From: Eledone cirrhosa
Taxonomy: Eukaryota
Length of the DNA: 64,000 nt
Direction: 5' to 3'
Assembly: GCA_964016885.1 (NCBI GenBank)
Contig: OZ024759.1
Coordinates: 24,552,001 to 24,616,000, forward strand
Part shown: piece by piece, positions 58,560 through 64,000 of the stretch
Position numbering within the stretch: position 1 is the stretch's first letter
Layout of the letters: each line of letters begins with the position of its first letter
The notes under the pieces: model-generated
What the model was told of the DNA's origin: nothing
Databases searched by the model: none
The model's input: only the letters and a program-made list of their open reading frames with translations
Program-made: the position numbers and the translations under genes

Positions 58560-59445
58560 CGAGGTGTGTCAGAAAAGTTCCAGGACTGATGTCACAAAAG
58601 ATTTATTTGAAACCCAAACTTCACACTAAGAGTTTTCTGCTTCAAAGTAATCCCCCTGGAGTCTAATGTAGTTTTCCATCCTTTTCTGCCATGCTTACAT
58701 GCACTCCTGGAAGGATTCTTCCGGGATCCTCCGCAGTTCCGTCACACGGCCTTTTTGATGTCGTCCACGTCTTCAAAACGGGTCCCCTCCGGGTCGTACT
58801 CGAAAATCCATGACTCATCACTGGTGATGACTTTCCCTAGCAAGTCTGGTTGGGTTTCAAGACGCTCGAGGATGTCGTTGGCACACTTGCATGCGTCGAC
58901 CCTTCTGGTCATCGTTCAGCAGTTTTGGCACCATCTTCGCGCAGACTTTCCGCATGTCCAAATCTTCAGTGAGAATCTTCCAGACGCTGTCCCGATTCAT
59001 GCCCAGCTCATTTGCCATCAGTCGAACAGTCAGCCGACGATCGCTACGCACCATCTGCCTGACGCGCTCAACGTTGACTTCAGTCCTGGTTGTTGAGGGC
59101 CTTCCGCTCCTGGGGTCATCTTGCACCACTCAAAAACGGGTGAGTGTGACATCGTCTCATCTCCATACACTTGCTGCAGCAATCCCAGTGCTTCTGACGG
59201 AGTTTTCCCCAACCGTACCAGAAACTTCAAGTTTGTTCGTTGCTCTGTGCTCATTGCTTGACGACCTGAAACAGAGGACATGTATATAAAATTATGAAGA
59301 AAAATGTTTGATCGCTGCAGAGAGCTAAGATTACAGTTACATACTCCAGGGGGGTTACTTTGAAGGAGAAAACTCTTAGTGTGAAGTTTGGGTTTGAAAT
59401 AAATGTTTTGTGACATCAGTCCTGGAACTTTTCTGACACACCTCG
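58560..59445 (-). mobile_element. internally deleted mariner transposon with extended (~105-bp) inverted termini
   Basis: TA-cgaggtgtgtcagaaaagttccaggact termini in inverted orientation; transposase remnant inside. Confidence 0.95.
58626..59254 (-). pseudogene. mariner transposase pseudogene (frameshifted, most of the catalytic domain deleted)
   Basis: MSTEQRTNLKFLVRLGKTPSE..VYGDE; DDPRSGRPST..SDRRLTVR..KVCAKMVPKLL; ITSDESWIFEYDP joined directly to the C-terminal RFEDVDDIK...GDYFE. Confidence 0.9.
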
Positions 59446-59460
59446 TATATATATATACGG

Positions 59461-59533
<73 letters not shown>

Positions 59534-59536
<3 letters not shown>

Positions 59537-59699
59537 CGAAGGAAATGTGGTAAGGAACCAGGTGGACCATAACGCACCGAAGTACTCAATACTTAGGTTA
59601 GTAGAGTGGGTAATAGTAACGAGTAGGACCCCGACGGCTGAGTCCAGAATTAGCCGTCGAAACAGCTTGAGCTCAGCCGTCGGGAGTCCTACTCGTTAC

Positions 59700-59701
<2 letters not shown>
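59534..59701 (-). mobile_element. family A hairpin+tail element
   Basis: Reverse copy with an asymmetric fold-back junction (gacggctgagtccagaattagccgtc). Confidence 0.85.
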
Positions 59702-59733
<32 letters not shown>

Positions 59734-60292
59734 TCAGGATTACACCGGTTTAAACTTTATCTCACATAATTATCTCACGTAATATCGAATCTATGAAATT
59801 TTGATCTTATTTATTTAAAGAAGAATACCTTAATATAAGTATACGTAGCGGGTTACAGCCGGTTTGAACAGAGAAAGGTGAGAGAATTATAGCCAGATGC
59901 GGCTGGTTTAAATGCTAATGGGTGAAGCCTGTTAATTATTTCTTATTAAATAAATAACCATTTTCTTCATATATTTCAATCTCATATTAATACTAATTCA
60001 ATTATAATTTGATATAACTTAGGTTTAAATTTGATTTTTAAATTAAGTTATTATTTGATTTTAATGCTACGTTCGGGTTGTTTTTTTTTTTGTTTTTATT
60101 TCATTTTTCCCCCTCAATCTTGCGTATTTCATAATATAATAATATAGACGGCCATATTAAACTTTGCGTTAGACAATTGGTATTTATCCATCTGTTTTTC
60201 TCTCTCCAACACTCTTGCTCTCTTTCTTTGCTCCCATCCTTCTCATTCACTATATGTAAACTCACCCACACACATATATATATATACATATA

Positions 60293-60350
<58 letters not shown>

Positions 60351-60351
60351 C

Positions 60352-60396
<45 letters not shown>

Positions 60397-60555
60397 TACA
60401 TACACGTATATATGTATATTTGGTGTAAGCATATGCATATATATATACATATATAAATATATATATTAGGGTGTCCCCCAAAAAAGTATACACACTTCAA
60501 CAGCATTCAAATAAATATGTGTATACATATGTATTCAACAATGCTTCAAGCCAAG

Positions 60556-60628
<73 letters not shown>

Positions 60629-61035
60629 GAGTTTTATAGCTTCCTCGAAGCATTATTTATATATATATACATATATGTATGTATATATAAATGCATGGGT
60701 GTATACGTATATATATGCATATATATATCTGTATATATACATATATCCACACATATAGATATACACACACACATAGATATATATCCGTATACACATATAT
60801 ATATACATATACAACTATATATATACACAGTCTTCAGCAACTAATTATGCCCAACACAAAGTAATAAAGTGTAAATTATTAACCGTTTCAAACATTAACG
60901 ACTCCCTTGAAGTTGTTTTCCTTTAACAGACATTAGTGACTATAACAGGAACACATAGCCCCATCCCCTTCCATACACACACACACACACAGATACATAC
61001 ATACATATACATACATATATATATATATATATGTG

Positions 61036-61153
<118 letters not shown>

Positions 61154-61277
61154 TATAGGCGCATATGCACTCAAATACATTTACACAAACACACATACGC
61201 ACATATATATTATATATATATATATATATATAGGCGCATACACACACATAAATAGGTACACACATACACACAGATGT

Positions 61278-61365
<88 letters not shown>

Positions 61366-61401
61366 CTTTAAACATACATATATATATACAGACAGACATA
61401 C

Positions 61402-61432
<31 letters not shown>

Positions 61433-61708
61433 CGTGTATATATATACATATATACATATATAGACACACATATATATATATATATATATGTGCGTATCTA
61501 TGTATATAAATATATATATTTATATACATAGATATCCCAGAGCATAACAATATATATATAAATATATATACATAAATATATACATACATATTTTATATAT
61601 ATATTATATATGTGTATGTGTGTATATATATACTATGTATATGTATGTGTATATATATATATATTTATTTATATATATTATATTATATATATATGTGTGT
61701 GTGTGTTT

Positions 61709-61794
<86 letters not shown>

Positions 61795-62357
61795 TTCTAC
61801 AAACATTATGAATATGAATAAAATAATAAAGACAGTCAAGTGAAAAGGTCACAGTAAGAACATCTGAACATCTTAAGTCTCGTACGAGTTCTCTTCGTAG
61901 GATCGGATTCTTATCTTGTTGAAATGACGGCTCTGTTAGAAGGTGATGTCAGGTGGTGTGTTAATAACCCTCTAATCTCCCGATACTATCACCTATTTAT
62001 GGATCTTATTGTGAGCAGTGTGAGGGCGAGGGGAGAAGAGGAAGAGGGATGGATCTTATTCTGAGCAGAGGTTGGAAGGGAGAAGAGGGGAATGGGAAGA
62101 GGTGAGAGGCACTGTGGAAGGAGAGAAGAACTTTGATGTTAGCCATGGTTCGTGTTTATACTATCGTTGATGGATGACTGTAGTGTGTTGTTTTCCACGA
62201 TGGGAGCGAGAATCTGTTAGCTTTGTGTGCGTACCCGCGTATGTATGCGTATATGTTTGTATGTATGAATATATGTATGTATGTATGTATTTTTGTATAT
62301 ATATATATATGTATATTTATATATGTGTGTGTATATATTATTAGGTATGTATGAACG

Positions 62358-62389
<32 letters not shown>

Positions 62390-62819
62390 GTGAAAAAATG
62401 GGGAGAAGAATACTGCAGGTTGCACATGGATAACATGTTATAAAATGAGTCCCTCATCAGTGATTTGCCAACGATCATAGATATTTCATTGCATTAAAAA
62501 TCATATACCTCATATATATATATATATATATATATATTTATTTATTTATAAAATTTATTTATTTATTAAATTTATTTATAAAATTGAGATATATATTATC
62601 TCAATTTTTTAAAATAAATTAAAAAAATATAATTTAAATATTCACCTATTCCTTTTGCTTTTACCGACGGTTTCACTTCACAAAAGATTGGAAATCCTAG
62701 GGACTTCCAATGGAAATGTTCAGATCTTCAGAAAGCATTTTCTCTACCTAGGACAAAAGTCCCAGGAACGACAAAATATATTGCCACCTGTCAGCTAGCA
62801 CAGGATCGAATGGGGCCGT

Positions 62820-63020
62820 AAAGGTTAACTCAAGCTTTCATTTTTTCGATGTCGATAATATACCAGTAAAATACTGGGGTCATTTTCATCGACTTTACTC
62901 ACTCCCACACCACCAAAAAATTGTTGGCTTTCTGCTTAAATTACCAATAATTATTTTACTTTCATGAAGAACGGTGGATTACCGGATTCGGTAGAGCATC
63001 GGACAAAATGCTTTGCGACG
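62820..63020 (+). mobile_element. degenerate SINE fragments
   Basis: aggttaact..gctttcat..gtcgataat..accagtaaaatactggggtc, followed by a second head ggattcggtagagcatcggacaaaatgctttgcg. Confidence 0.6.
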
Positions 63021-63339
63021 TATAAATCAGAAATAGTTGTATATAATTTTATTTATTTATTTCAGGCAAACGTTGTATAATTTAATTGAAATTTGTTAAA
63101 TGAAATAGCATTGATTACTTAGCTGTAGTGAGTTTGTTAGAAGCCCGGGCAAGTGTAAAACAACACTATTTACACAGATTAATAACTAATGTCATGTTTA
63201 GTTAAGGCAATAGAATGTCGTGTAATAAGATCACAGAGCTCGTGTTGGTCCCGTGGCATAATGTCTGATGTTAAGTGTGGTGGGATCTGTTTGGCAATCC
63301 GTCCGTATACATACATACAAATATATATATATAAATATA

Positions 63340-63380
<41 letters not shown>

Positions 63381-63650
63381 CGCCAAAACGCATCTAATTT
63401 ATATATATATATATATTTAATACAATAACAGAGATAGTTTAAAGCTTAACTCTGACTGGTAACCATCTCACTCAACAAACATTAGGTTATATTTAAACAT
63501 AAACCCAATTTAAGTGTTTGGGGTGCTAACAATATGTATAATGTGGAAAAACCAGTTGTATTATTTTATGAGATATAATTAAAGTTAAAGTATATCTCTA
63601 TATATATATATAAAAGTAACAAAATAAGATGCTGAGGTTACATATATCGT

Positions 63651-63691
<41 letters not shown>

Positions 63692-64000
63692 ATTTATATA
63701 TATATATATATATATGTATATATCGCAATAGGAAAGTGCCAAGATACGTAATATGCCAGTCAATGAACAGAGGTCACATTACTGAAACATACCAACTGGT
63801 GTTTAGGGCAGGTACCTAACACCATCACCAATGCCACCTCTATTACCACCCCCACGACAACCCCCAGTACCACCAACACTACCATTGCCGCCACCACCAA
63901 CACCACCATTATAGAAAGTCGTGTCTACGCAGATGTCTAACGCGACCACTATCAACAACAACACTACCATCACCACCACCACCACCACCAACAACAACAA

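Noticed and set aside
62642-62821. 59-codon open frame in unique sequence
   Set aside because: No start codon, splice acceptor or recognisable homology

Overview
Very AT-rich, microsatellite-saturated animal genomic DNA, either intergenic or inside a long intron. The SINE types and the (TA)n/(CA)n/(GA)n density suggest an octopod or other coleoid cephalopod; this is an inference, not a database result. No intact host protein-coding gene can be supported, and nearly all listed ORFs are translations of simple repeats. Recognisable content includes many tRNA-derived SINE copies, 3' fragments of non-LTR retrotransposons (Tx1/L1-like, CRE-like, Ingi/Vingi-like), an internally deleted mariner, several MITEs and two minisatellites. 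The most striking pattern is at least 8 sequence-unrelated families of short elements with one shared design. Each sits inside a (TA)n tract and consists of a fold-back palindrome plus a one-sided tail. Several carry a minimal type I hammerhead ribozyme motif (CUGAnGA...GAAA-palindromic stem III-UH). They look like non-autonomous remnants of microsatellite-targeting Penelope-like retroelements, and they cluster and fuse in TA tracts. All alignments and coordinates were done by eye.
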